Positions 24,642 to 37,803 are shown, counted from the first letter of the stretch. The stretch is DNA of 64,000 nucleotides from Octopus sinensis (GCF_006345805.1 NC_042998.1:201562001-201626000); one strand, 5' to 3'. Made by a program: numbers and translations. The notes: a model not told the origin generated them from the letters alone.

Positions 24642-25439
24642 AACAAACAAAATGAGGACAAATATTCGTCAAATGTAAATAATGTAATTAATGTAAATAT
24701 GGAACTGTAAATGTATTTAATGTTTTTTATATTCAATAATTTTCTGCATTTTTGTTTAGTCGAGAAACGTGAGCCACACTACCGATGGTATATTTTATCG
24801 AGGACAAAATTAATGTCCCTTTGGTAATGTGTAATATTCAGATTGCTGAAATCACCGAATAGTTGATAGCAGCAGAATACAATATGTGAAACATTTTTGA
24901 GTAGGTTTGCTAAAAGATTGTAAAATATTAATAAAAAATATAGGTAAAATCTACGGACTTAGGAGCTTTATTTACTGTCAAGTGGAAATTGCTTCATTTG
25001 CGAAATTAAGCCCATTCACAAAGGGTTTATTGACACTTGATTTAATCGTGTCTATTATCATTATATCTGTTATAAGCTATGGCGAATTTCAGAGTAATAA
25101 TGAGTAAGATTACGATATAAATATTACATTTGGTAAGTCTCAATTTAATTAAAATATGGCTGATGTTAAAATAATTAATGATGGGGTTAGCATTGTGTTA
25201 TTGTGAAAAATTTGTCCCTTTCGAACTGTCATTATCCTTGGTAATTAATCTAATTTCGGATTTACCAAATTTTATTACTCTTCATTTAATTTGGCGGCAA
25301 AGATATTTTCACAATCTTTAATTATAAGAAACACATGATAATTTCCTAAAAAATCAATGTCTTATATCATTTTACTTTGTGGCCTCTTTACATCGTCTTG
25401 TAAGATTGAGTGCTATGTTCTAAACGTTATCATATCAAT

Positions 25440-25680
25440 TGTATTAGATATCATCGAAGAGGCCAGGGAACAGAGGAAAGAAGAAGAAAGAAGACATGCC
25501 CCCAGCACCAGAGCTGAAGACACCTCCGAAAGGGGGGACCACACCACGTCAAAACGGTAGGGGAGTAGGGGCCGAAACCGGGCGTGGTTCCTCCTGATAA
25601 TTTCTTGAGCTAATTGGATCCAATAAAGGAGCTGTTGTGGTAGCAGACCACGAAACACGGTTGTAATTATTCCTTCCTAC
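25440..25680 (+). other. GC-rich island, possibly a Penelope-type terminal repeat with a degenerate hammerhead; alternatively an exon
   Basis: CTGAAGA (25514-25520) ... GGGGCC-GAAA-CCGGGC (25568-25583), then AATAAA. Also has AG/GT-bounded open frames. Confidence 0.3.
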
Positions 25681-26094
25681 TCTTCTACTGTGAATAGTTG
25701 ATGATCTGTTAATTCACATGCTGTTAGAATCAACATTGTTTAGGAATATATTCATGTACATGCGCTAATCCTGATCATCTAGCATTTGTACAGGATCAGA
25801 TTCAAAGTATTCTAGGTTCATTCTCGGAGAATTCAGCTTCATAAACTTGTAATTGTTCTGGGACGATAGTACTTCAGTCACTTATGTTTCAAGGAAAAGG
25901 ACTTCAGTCGCTTGTCAATGTTGACATTCTCCTGCAGTGTTATTACGTAAGACTTAGCAATATTCTCTCGGGAGCGTTTTACACCTAAAACGCCACAGTT
26001 GTGGAGTGGTTAAGTAGAGATATCAGTTATGAAAGACAATTCGAAATACTGCAGCACATATGATATTATCCATTGAAATGCGCTATGCCTTTTA

Positions 26095-26303
26095 GTGTTT
26101 TCCCCCCTAGCATTGCTTGACAACCGATGCTGGTGTGTTTACGTTCCCGTCACTTAGCGGTTCATCAAAAGAGACCGATAGAATAAGTACTGGGCTTACA
26201 AAGAATGAGTCCCGGGGTCGATTTGCTCGACTAAAGGCGGTGCTCCAGCATGGTCGCAGTCAAATGACCGAAACAAGTAAAAGAGTAAAAGAGAGTAAAG
26301 AGT
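26095..26303 (+). mobile_element. SINE family A, 3' half
   Basis: Matches the family A body and tail. Confidence 0.9.
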
Positions 26304-28137
26304 ATATATTACTTTGGACAGCATCTCTGTTTCACTCCAAATTGCTTTGGAAAAGTTTTTAAATCGTTTTAGCTTTAATTGATACACTATTTCCAGTGTA
26401 ATGTAAACAGACAAAATTGCTCCTCTTAATTAGTATGAATAATTGGGAACTAATGTATCACACAAATTCTTTTAAGGCTATGTACATCTACGAAAATATC
26501 TGAATCGTTGAAATTCAGTTATGCAAAATGGCCCCAATGGCATATGAAGTGGAAATCAGTTTCACTATAGCAAACATTATAGTACTACACTAGCAATACA
26601 TAATTATGAGAGAATAAAGTATACTTTTTCCTTAGTCACATAGGTAAGAGGTGTAATACAGTACTCTTATGAGATTTGGCAATTAAATGCAAATATAAGA
26701 GACCTCACCAGCATGTATGACATCGGAGGAATCTTTGATCCAGATTTAGTGAAATGGTATTGAAAATTCCTCAAATTATGGCTAACATTGTATGCACACG
26801 ATTCGAGATTGCAAAATTCTAACATTCAGTGAGTATTCATATAATTAATTGAATGAATTACTACTTCGTGGCTAACAACACTTACTTCCCTATTTGTTTG
26901 TACTGATATTGCTATTCATCTTCTGGCACAACTGAACCATCCATTCACTTAAAAGTATTTATTAATGTATATGCATACGGCATATGTAGATTGAGACAAA
27001 TATACGCACACATAAGATATAAACAGAAAATGAAAGTAATGAATTCGCCATCTTGTTTCCGTTTTCATACATTATTCTGCTTATATGATTTCTAACTTCA
27101 TTCCTATTTAAATATTCTTCTTGCTTGCGCCATTTAGTTCTTCTTGCTCTCTTCGCTGTGTCTCTGCTTCAAATCTTTCCCTGTATACCTATAGAAATTA
27201 TCCTTTCTACTCTATTTATTTTCAAAAATTACTTAGCAATTGCCTTAATATTGAAGAAAGGCAACTACTTTTTATTTAGAAATTACTTTGCCATTTATTA
27301 CTTTCATATAAAAAACTGCAACTCTATCTAGTAATCGGTTTAAGATACGCTAAATTTGATAAAGAAAATTTTGATAAAGAAAATATATCATTTGACTACG
27401 GTAGTAGTTGACTAGTATTCTTAAGACCACAATTTACTGACACGCATCATTTTTCAGTGTTTGTCGCTAATTAAGTTCATAATCAAATTGAAAAGTTTTA
27501 ACATTTTTTAGGTGGACTGGTCCCTAGCGACATTTTCGCATAAATTGAGATTTGGTACAGTAGAATAAAACTTACATCAAAATTTGTAGTAACGTTAAAG
27601 GAGAGTAAGTAACGTTACCAATCAAGTTTAAGTCTAAATGACTTTTTTTTATTTTAAAAGCAAATATATATTTATCTTACTTTCAATTATAGAAGAAAGG
27701 ATGACGAATTTCATAGTTTTGTTTCCATGCAGCAAAATCTTGTATTAACATTGTTGTGAGGTAAAATATCATGAAAACATATAAGCAAGGCAAAAATTGG
27801 TTTTAAGTACAATTAACTTTTTACTTTTAAAAACAAACTATATTTTAATTAAGCTTAAATGACAGAGCTCAATTCGAGGAATTTCATATCAATCTCATGC
27901 AGTGAGGTTTTAAAAGAAAAAATGTTATGAGTATTTTTTCCTCAAATTTGAGGGTGATAATATAATTCAATACATTTTCATGAATATGGTTCTATACATT
28001 TTTAGGAAGATAGTTCTATAAGGGACTTTTAATATATGTTACCGGCCTCATTGAGGTAATGGAAAAAAATATCGCTAATTGACACATATGACACATTATT
28101 GATTAGCATAATAGCATAACTTGGAAAAAGTATTACT

Positions 28138-28993
28138 TGGAAAAATGCAAGCACGAGGAATAATATTCTTAAGATTATAAAGCTGGATAAGTAAAGGATA
28201 AGGTATTACACTTGGAAAAGTTCAGGATAAGTAATTATATCTGGTAAAGTACAGAACAAGAACATTTTTACTTAAAATATTGCATCTAAGGATAAAATTT
28301 GAATATTAAAAAATATTTGGTTTAATTTACAAAGTAACATTATAATTAAAGAAGACAAACTAGAACTAGAATACTTAAATAATGAAAGCCGAAAGTACCA
28401 ATATAGCTAAGGATTTATGCAAAGTAGAATTATATATATGGTAGGCAAATACATTATGTCAAAAATAGGCGTTGGGTCAAGACTATAAATGAAAAGACTT
28501 GGCAGTAACTTAGGCAATATCTCAAGCAAATTTTACTGTGAAGTTGTTGTTATAGGCAGTTTTTACTGTAATATGTAAATAATTGTTGTATTCTATTTAT
28601 TGCATTAACTAATTATGTACTACTGTTATTTGTATACTGTATGTTCAAATTTCTAATTAGTAATTAATAATTAAAAATGATTTTTTTTAAAGTGCAAAAC
28701 TTATTTTACTTGAGCTACTTTTAATTTTTAATAGAAGTAACAAGTATTAGTAAATAGAAGTAATAACCTGTAATAAATTTTTTTGTTTTACTAAAAGCTA
28801 ATATTTTCTAAATCTAAATATTTAATTCGAACTTTTATCCTCAGCTGCAATATTTTAATCAAAAATTTTCTTCTTCTGTACTTTACCAGTTGTCAATAAC
28901 TTGTCCTGAACTTTTCCAAGTGTATTAACTTGCCCTGTACTTTTCCACTTTTATAATCTTAAGAATATTACTTCTCTTGCTCGTATTTTTCCA
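28138..28993. mobile_element. Foldback/MITE-like unit with ~190-bp imperfect inverted arms
   Basis: 28138-28325 is the reverse complement of 28800-28993 at roughly 75-80% identity; the arms contain TTGGAAAAGT-like subrepeats. Confidence 0.65.
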
Positions 28994-29114
28994 TGTCATA
29001 CATTTTATAACATTTAACAGATTGTATAACCTTATACTAATGTATATTCATGTGCGCGGGAACGTTTCTTCACAGCTGGCAACGACCCTCAATTTCCAGA
29101 CGTATCATATACAT

Positions 29115-29540
29115 AGGCGCAGGAGTGGCTGTGTGGTAAGTAGCTTTCTAACCAACCACATGGTTCTGGGTTCAGTCCCACTGCGTGGCATCTTGGGCAA
29201 GTGTCTTCTGCTATAGCCTCGGGCCGACCAAAGCCTTGTGAGGGGATTTGGTAGACGGAAACTGAAAAGAAGACCGTCGTATGTATGTATATATATGTGT
29301 GTGTGTGTATATGTTTGTGTGTCTGTGTTTGTCCCTCTAGCATTGCTTGACAACCGATGCTGGTGTGTTTACGTCCTCGTCACCTAGCGGTTCGGGAAAA
29401 GAGAACGATAGAATTAGTACTGGGCTTACAAAGAATAAGTCCCGGGGTCGATTTGCTCGACTAAAGGCGGTGCTCCAGCATGGCCGCAGTCAAATGACTG
29501 AAACAAGTAAAAAAAAAGAAAAAAAGAAAAGAAAAAAGAA
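29115..29540 (+). mobile_element. SINE family A, full length
   Basis: Head, microsatellite, body, tail and A-rich end. Confidence 0.92.
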
Positions 29541-30549
29541 CAGCCCACATTTTTTTTTAATATTGAATGTCAGAAGATACATTACGACATGTAGCGACTA
29601 AGGTTTTGAGAAATGCTGTCAGCACATGTATGGCAGATTACTGTTATTTTCGAAGAGCGAATTTTATAGGTTCAGTTTCGTTTACATTTGTTCTCATTTA
29701 ATCATTGAATATATATCATTTGTGATTTATTCTGATATAGATCAAATAGTATTGCTGCAGAAATCTATATTTCTACTTCACAGAGAGACATTACACGTGA
29801 TTTGCAACTAACTTTTTGCAATAGGGATACATGTAAGTCAGAATGCCTGCTGTGGGTGCTTCTGATGATAAGTCAAAAGAAGAATACCTGCAGACTCACT
29901 CCTTTTAATAGACATTAGTAGACTTTAATAACGATTTAAATGAGCACGAGATTACCTATATCTCATATAGCATGAAAGGAATAAATAATCTCTAGGCAGG
30001 TCTTCAACAGAATTTATTCTGTGGAACACAGAAGGCAATATATATTTCAATGAATGCCAGCTGTTTTCTGAATTTTGGGCTTTTCTAATCATGCACGAAG
30101 TTAGTTGTTCTTTGGAGGGGGCGTCTGTTCTTTGCTAAGAATTATCAATTCGTTTTTTTGTACAAGCATTTCACCTATAATTACTACACGGTGTCCTTCC
30201 TGGACAATATATGACACTAAATATATCGTACATCGGAGAAATACTTAAGAAAATAAATAATAAAAATAAGTATTAAAATATCTGTAAGGATTTCTAGATA
30301 ACAAATAATTTCCATTAGAAAGAATTCATTTCTTTCCGTCTACTACCACAAGTATATTAATGTATTTAGCTAGTTATACGCGGTTTTTGAGTTCAGGCTT
30401 CTTGCAACAGTCTCATTACTTAATTTTCAAAGATGGTTACTAAAACAGTGTTATATGATTTTTTTCCTTGGGTAGCAACTGTTATTTCTTAATTACTTAC
30501 CCCTACAATGTATGGAAAATCATTAACATTTCTTTCAAACTTTGCTTTT

Positions 30550-30700
30550 CTCACAAAGAATCCTCTCAACACATGGCTATCATGTTTCTCATTACTCTCC
30601 TGCATGATCTGAGGTACATGAATTGTCAGTCATATGTTTAGGTAATTAAGGTCAAGCAACTGGCAACCAAAAATCTTTCGTATTGAGAGAATGTTTGTTA
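30550..30700 (+). mobile_element. Family C internal fragment, degraded
   Basis: CAAAGAATCCTCTCAACACATGGCTAT...AAGGTCAAGCAACTG. Confidence 0.6.
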
Positions 30701-31472
30701 TAACGATAATTCTACTTCAGCAATTCATCGCTGAATCAGTCTGAACTGTTACGAAAATTAGATCAATGTCAAATTATTCATATCCAGATCATTAAGCAAT
30801 GTCTGAATGGAAAAGGTGTCATTTTCTTCGATTTCTAGATAACATAGAAGCAGATATCATAGAAGGAAATATCATTTACTGACCAAAGACAAAAAGAAAT
30901 AAAAAATAAAACTTTTGTTACACATTGAAATGCATGCAATTTATCCACAAATTTATATTTAATCATACAAAGATAGTTGATCATACAAATACATATATTT
31001 GATCATACAAAGATAAATGAAATGCCAGTTGAATAATTATGCTGTATATTTAGAAGATATACCTTATATATTTAGGATATATTAAAACTTCTGTGATAAG
31101 AATAGGTAGATTGTCTACGTGAAGTGGTATATGAAAGTGCATACTTAAAATTGCATACTACAACACATCAATGTCATATCTTGCCGAACAATAAGACAGA
31201 TGCATTGCCGGGCATTTGATGAGCCACGTTTGTCTTAGCGTACAAAAATCCCAATACTATTTTCTAATACTTGTTTTCTATCTTGTTGCCACGTAAATTG
31301 CTGACATCTAACATAACAAATCAGGGGGAAAACATGCCTATATTTAGAAAATAAAGATTATGTTCATTGACTGTGTCTCAAGATATATTGAATAAATATA
31401 GGTTCCTTTAAGCTTCACCATCATGTAATCCACATAATGTTATAGGATTTACAAAATGGATTTCTTTAAATA

Positions 31473-32622
31473 TGAGAGTGGGTTGAAATGTTTATGGGCT
31501 GGCTCTGAATGAGTGATGCCTGTAATAACTGTATGATTTGGTAAACTGATATCACACTGTTCAAAGACTTCAAAGGTAACTAGTAGAGAGTCCTCCTGAA
31601 AAATGGACAAAACTTGGCATCGTGGTATTATCAAGTACCTGCGAAAATTTTTTTAGCCCCCACTAATCATTCAAGCTGACATATCTTCTTCATTAGGGGA
31701 TAACATTCCAGCTTTATCAACAACAGAATAGTATGTAGCTGAATTAGGAGAGAAGGGGATAATCTTAAAGTTGACCCAAGTTATGGGCGTCCTGAAACTG
31801 CCACAACCGATGAAAACAGTGACCGTGTTCACCACTTGACTGTAGATTACAGGAGATTGACTAGACAGTGAGTACAATTAGAATATCTGTGGGCGTGTTG
31901 AGAATATTCTAAACAATGGACTTGGCATAACGAAGGTTTCAGTTCGGTGGGTGCACTGTCAAATGCGCGCCAGGCTGTTCACATCACGGAAAATATCTGG
32001 CTTTGTTTGAAACAGATCGACCTGGTTTCCTTGAATGTTCCTTAATCCAGGATAAGCTTTTCATTCAACACTTGACCCAGAGACAAAGTGGCAATCCATA
32101 CAGTGCAAACACCTCTCCTTACCTGCTTCAAAGTTGGCCAAAGTCGATTCTTCTGCAACGAATATCATAGCCACAGGTTTTGGGGATGCAAAAGACATTG
32201 CATTTATCTTCAAAAATGTTACACCATCAATGAAGAGTACTATGGAGTACAATGGAGAGTACTAAGGCAGTTAAGAAAAACTATCAAGACTAAATGTCCA
32301 GGAATACTTGTGGACTAGTGGGTTGTCCTGTTTCATCAGAATAATGCTTGAGTACACAAGGCCATGGTTTTATTGGCTGCTGTGCCTGACTGTGGCTTCG
32401 ATTACGGTTCTTATTCTCCTAATTTGGCCAAATCTGATATTCAACTGTTCCTCAAAATGAAAAGAAGGATTCGCTGGTAACCAATATTGCTGTGATGACA
32501 GCATATCTGCTGTTGATGACAATTTTGACCAACACGATGAAAGCCAACACCAAATAAACCTCAGTTGGTCACATTCCGTGAGTGCATGTTTCTCATACTA
32601 TGCAGTTTTCAGCCGATCCTCG
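31473..32622 (+). mobile_element. Tc1/mariner DNA transposon relic with both TIRs and TA flanks
   Basis: ATG at 31603 gives MDKTWHRGIIKYL; later DPETKWQS, LRQLRKTIKTK and YSPNLAKSD, with stops and frameshifts. Imperfect TIRs at about 31473-31500 and 32596-32622; TA at 31471 and 32623. Confidence 0.85.
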
Positions 32623-32744
32623 TACAACATATCGCATGTTATAAATTTTCTTTATATCAACCAGTCCTCAATGAAATATACGATTATGCTCAATGATTAA
32701 TGTTTCACATATATCACAAATATTAAAAATATGCAATGCTATAT

Positions 32745-32981
32745 ACCTATTTCTTTACTACCCACAAGGGGCTAAACATAGAGGGGACAAACATGGACAG
32801 ACATAGGTATTAAGTCGATTATATCGACCCCAGTGCGTAACTGGTTCTTAATTTATCGACCCCGAAAGGATGAAAGGCAAAGTCGACCTCGGCGGAGTTT
32901 GAACTCAGAACGTAACGGCAGACAAAATACGGCTACGCATTTCGCCCGGCGTGCTAACGATTCTGCCAGCTCATCACCGCC
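32745..32981 (-). mobile_element. SINE family B
   Basis: Full-length reverse-complement copy. Confidence 0.9.
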
Positions 32982-33799
32982 TTTATTGGTATATGCAATG
33001 CTATATGCAATGCTATATACCACTTATTTGTATATGCAATGCTATATACCACTTCACGTAGACAATCTACCTATTCATTTCAGAGAAGTTTTAATATATC
33101 CTAAATATATAAAATATATCTTCTAAATACACAGTATAATTATTCAACTAGCATTTCATTTACAGCATCAACAACGTTTCAACGACGACGGTAATTGAGG
33201 TAGACTTGTAATTCATAACCTGGAGACAATACGGTGAAGTAATTCACTTTAGTCTATATTGATCGCATTTGAGTTGACATTAAATCAACATTGTGTCAAC
33301 TCGTCATGCAGTATAGTATTGTAAACTTCAGTGTAGCACAAATAAGAACAAGGACCGGATCATTTATTTTTCTCTATTTTCCTATCATCATTATTGTAGT
33401 TTAGGTAAAACACAATGACAATTTAATGAAAAATATCAACTTAATATAAACTTCCATTCTAATTCTATATTAGTTAAATACAGAAAGGTACACACACACA
33501 GACATAAATGTGTGTGTGTGTGTATACAGATTGGCTGAATGATAGATAGAGAGATAGATCCTGGTTAAGCTGTTGATGTTATAGACTTTGAGTACTACAA
33601 AATCCGACAGAATATCACACACACATAGAGAGGAACACTCACACATTGACACACATACTCGCGTACACGGACACGCTCGCACTCACATACACGCAAACAC
33701 AATGCAAACAAAGAAATATATATCAGAAAGAACCTTTGTGGGTGAGGAGGCTATACATTTCGATGCTATAATTTTCCTTCGCGTGTATTATGAAGATTA

Positions 33800-34110
33800 T
33801 TTTAGGCGACGTACAGTAAAAGAGAGAATACAAAAGAGTGACAGAGAGAGAGAGAGAGGAGAAATGGAAAGAAAGGAAGAGACGTAAACAAGAGACTATG
33901 GCACTACAACCAGCCAGGAACAGTCTTCGCTACATTTGCGGTACCTGCCAGAGGGAGTGTTTGTCCAGGATAGGACTACACAGCCACAGCAGGAAATGTA
34001 TCAAGACATGAAATATAAAAGCCGGACTAGACTACAAAAAAAAAACAAAAAAAAACATGCGCAACTCCATTGTCTCCCGAGACAGAAAGGATGCCAATAC
34101 CAATACAATT
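33800..34110 (+). mobile_element. RTE-clade LINE 3' end
   Basis: 33922-34011 translates as SLRYICGTCQRECLSRIGLHSHSRKCIKT* (RTE C-terminal C2H2-like finger), and the fragment ends with the RTE-type terminus CCATTGTCTCCCGAGACAGAAAGGATGCC-AATAC. Confidence 0.8.
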
Positions 34111-35397
34111 TTAGGGAACCACGAATGAAATGGCATAATATTCTACTGTACTAAATAATGTAGGATACAACTTTTGTTATATTTAAACTATACAGTTGGC
34201 AGAATGCACGAGGTAATTGTGTCTCTCTGTAAAATAAGGTTGTTCTCGTCTTTCGTCTTATCGTATTTAGAAGAAATTCTGTATGATTTCTTCAGTTCTT
34301 TATAGCTCTAAATGATATTTGTGAACGGATCTAAACATCAGCTATATTGTAGAATCAATATTCTCAACTGTTTTCTTTTGCATTGGATTGAGATTAAACG
34401 TCAATCGAAATGGAACGATTATCGCATTATTTAATTCATACCTATACTATAACAAAATCATTACAAGTTGATATTTACATATTAGCACGAACATTAGTTA
34501 ACACTATGGTTGTCATGCCCTATATTCCGCGTAACTCTTGTATATCTTTTATTTTTCTCATTTTCTTTTATTACATATATGCTTTGCAGATAAAAATGTT
34601 TTTTCAATACGCCCCATCCAGCCTATTGTTATCTTCTAATAACTTCAGAACCATTTATAGTAATTCACATGACATTTTCTTTTTCGTCGAGACAACATAT
34701 ATGTCCTTATTCAAAGTCTAAGGCTTCCTTCTAAGAAAAATGATAAATTAAGAAAACAAGGCGCATTCACTTATATTATTGGTCAGTAAATTTAATAATG
34801 TTGCCATCAACCTAAACATGTTTCTTGAAGCATTGTTTCGAAAAACATAAAACTAATTAGAACTAGCGTTATCAATAAAGAAAGCTTTAGCACTTACTCG
34901 ACATCCTTTAGCAATTAACCAGATCTCCATTCGATTAATTCACGATGTTGGTAAGGTAGTCTCATCTGTTCATTGCTTCATAAATGAAATTCTTTACGGT
35001 CATGATTCAAGTGAGTATGTAATCTTCTCGGTCACCATCAGAGATAAAAAGATTGAGCTATTGTAAAAGAGTAACAGAATTATGAGTTTTGCAGTAAAAT
35101 ATGGGTATTTGTTTTTTACAAGAGTAACACATGAAACGTTTCTACAACAGAGGATAATCTGGGAATACGCTGGGAGATATGTTAATGTGTGAAACAAACA
35201 GTTTATCGGTGACATACCATTTATATATTCCTACTCATGTATCTAATATTCGTCAGAAGAATGTAAACATTGTGCGCGAGTGGATGCGATTTATGCATAC
35301 GCATAAGCACAACACATATGCACATACACACATATGCACATACACACATACACACACAGGCATACACGCACGCACACACAAACATGGTCATATATAT

Positions 35398-35613
35398 ATA
35401 TCTTTACTGCCCACAAGGAGCTAAACATAAGGGGGACAAACAAGGACAGACAAAGGGATTAAGTCGATTACACTGAACTCAGTGCGAAACTGGTACTTTA
35501 TTTATCGACCCCGAAAGTCGACCTGGGCGGAATTTGAACTCAGAACGTAACGACAGACGAAATACCGCTAAGCATTTCGCCCGGCGCGCTATCGTTTCTG
35601 TCAGCTCGCCGCC
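35398..35613 (-). mobile_element. SINE family B with small internal deletion
   Basis: Reverse-complement match. Confidence 0.88.
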
Positions 35614-35627
35614 ACTAGCTCATATAT

Positions 35628-35662
<35 letters not shown>

Positions 35663-35763
35663 GAATAAATAAATGGAGTTTAACGCAGGTGTAATCTAAT
35701 ATTTTCACTTTCCGTATTTATTTTTTTTCCGTGTTAATTGTTAACAAGTTAAAAATACACTCA

Positions 35764-35801
<38 letters not shown>

Positions 35802-35802
<1 letters not shown>

Positions 35803-35984
35803 CGGGAAAGTTTACGAAAATAAACAAAAGACGAAGGCAGGTGGAGTACACACAAACAAATGTATTAGTATAGCGCTCAGGAATAGTAATAGAAAAACTC
35901 TTTTACGTTTCGAGCCTACGCTCTTCGACAGAAAGATATACAGAAAAAAAACAAGGAGAGAAAAAATACGTGTAGGAGCTAACG

Positions 35985-35985
<1 letters not shown>
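35802..35985 (-). mobile_element. Family H2 repeat in (TA)n with hammerhead-like motif at 35899-35936
   Basis: Minus strand TCTTT-CTGTCGA-A-GAGC-GTAG-GCTC-GAAA-CGTA-AAAGA; homologous to 10285-10470. Confidence 0.7.
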
Positions 35986-36023
<38 letters not shown>

Positions 36024-37364
36024 AATGAATGTATATACGTTGACACAGATACAAGGACACGAGACTGACTAACATCACCTAGTCTTTAAAGAAAGATGTG
36101 AGAGGCAAAGTATGTTAACGAAATTTTTCACATTGTTTATTATTCAGCACAGTAGAATTTATATCGATAATCTAAACGTGTATTCAAACAATGGCGTTAC
36201 ATGTTTCTCCAGGTATGTTGCAAAGTAACAGACATAATTTGAATTGTTTGTTCCGAAAAGTTAATACTCAGAATATTTTGAATGTGCGCATATTTTTTTT
36301 GCATGCTATGTGTCAGACATGAAGATCTGTGTCAAAAATTTACTGCATCAGGCAGTCAAACAAAAGAACAAATAAATGTTTTTATTTGCCTTGGTAACGT
36401 ATTCATTGAAATGTCAGCTCCGAATGTTTTATCACAATGTTTATAGATAGCTATTGCTCTTGAAAACATGATTTGAAAAATATACACGCACGCTTATAAG
36501 CACGAGTCTGTATATACACTGACACTTATACCCGAGTATTTGTTTATTTATGTATGTATGTATATATGTATATATGTATGTGTGAGTGTGTGCATGTATG
36601 CGCATGTGTGCAGCGAATGATTAAATGTGTGTTCTCAGCGATTGGAAATTTGAGAAATTGGTTCGTGTAACGGAAGAAAATTCCCGCAAAGCCGTGATTT
36701 CTTGCGGCCAAACCTACATGCATGTAAAAGGTTTCCCGAGTAAATATCATGAGGAACAATCCGAATTCCATGTTCCTAAGTTGTCCATCGCTGTCTGCAG
36801 CATCGCTCCGAGAAAGGTTCAGACACCACAGTGGCCAAACTGCAGTGCTGCTTGCTTAGATCTAATACAGTAGAAGACTAAGTTGAACTCAAGCACTAAA
36901 CTATCCCAGGTTGGATATGTAAAAAACATTCTAGAATTCTTTTAGTGGGATTGTACAACACAGAATACCAGAGTACCAAGGATTTAACAGCCTACTTATA
37001 AGGGCAGAAGTTCCAGTGTTAAGAGAAATGCTTTTTTATCGCATATATAAATAAATAAATGGAGTTAAACGCTGGTGTTATTCAGATCTTTATACTGCTG
37101 ACATTATTTTCGAAGAAACGTAACGGAAGTATAAAGATAATTGTCATCCTGGTAACTATTATCTATTTTTCCGTACGCATTGAAAAAATACTCATACATT
37201 TATATACACTTATATACACGGGATTCTATATAACCTGCAAATAAAATATTTACCATACATGGAGTTATTTGGCATAAGCGCATCTCTTAAGGATATATGA
37301 AGTCCCTCAAGGAATGTTTTCCCTAAGCAAGTCATTAGTACGGCAAACACTTTTATTAAACTTG

Positions 37365-37632
37365 AATTTTTCAAACCCCAAAGAATCCCTCTCAACACAT
37401 GGCTATGATGCTCCCCCACTACTTCTGCTCGTGATCAGAGATGCACATATCGTCAGCCACTAAGGGACATGCTCAACTCGTTAAAGTCAAACTACTGACA
37501 GGTAAATCGGTGGTATCGAGCAGAATATTTGCTGTAGACCATCTTTCATGCCAAGACAAAACAATGTACATGATAACACTTCCAATCAATAAAGATCAGA
37601 AGCCATGAGAGCCACTGCCTGGTACTGCATCA
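37365..37632 (+). mobile_element. Family C, one-end-truncated copy followed by an AAT/ATT-rich tract
   Basis: Matches the reverse complement of about 1930-2190. Confidence 0.8.
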
Positions 37633-37758
37633 GAATTATAATAAAAATAATAATATTGTTGTTATTATTATTATTAATATTATCATCATCATCATCATTA
37701 TTATTAATATTATTATTATTATTATTATTACTACTACTACTCCTCCGGTTAATGCTTG

Positions 37759-37803
37759 GGATCTTCGGCTTAGTAGCCCGAGCTCTTAACCACTACGCCA
37801 TAT
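37759..37803 (-). mobile_element. tRNA-like SINE head fragment
   Basis: Minus strand ATGGCGTAGTGGTTAAGAGCTCGGGCTACTAAGCCGAAGATCCC (A box and anticodon arm). Confidence 0.5.

Noticed and set aside
29784-29832. 49-nt candidate plus-strand exon (CAG...GTAAGT); similar case at about 20270-20315
   Set aside because: Such micro-exon signals arise by chance in 64 kb, and no phase-consistent gene model links them.
36625-36873. 82-aa ORF in a GC-richer patch
   Set aside because: No motif, weak splice donors, and length within chance expectation.
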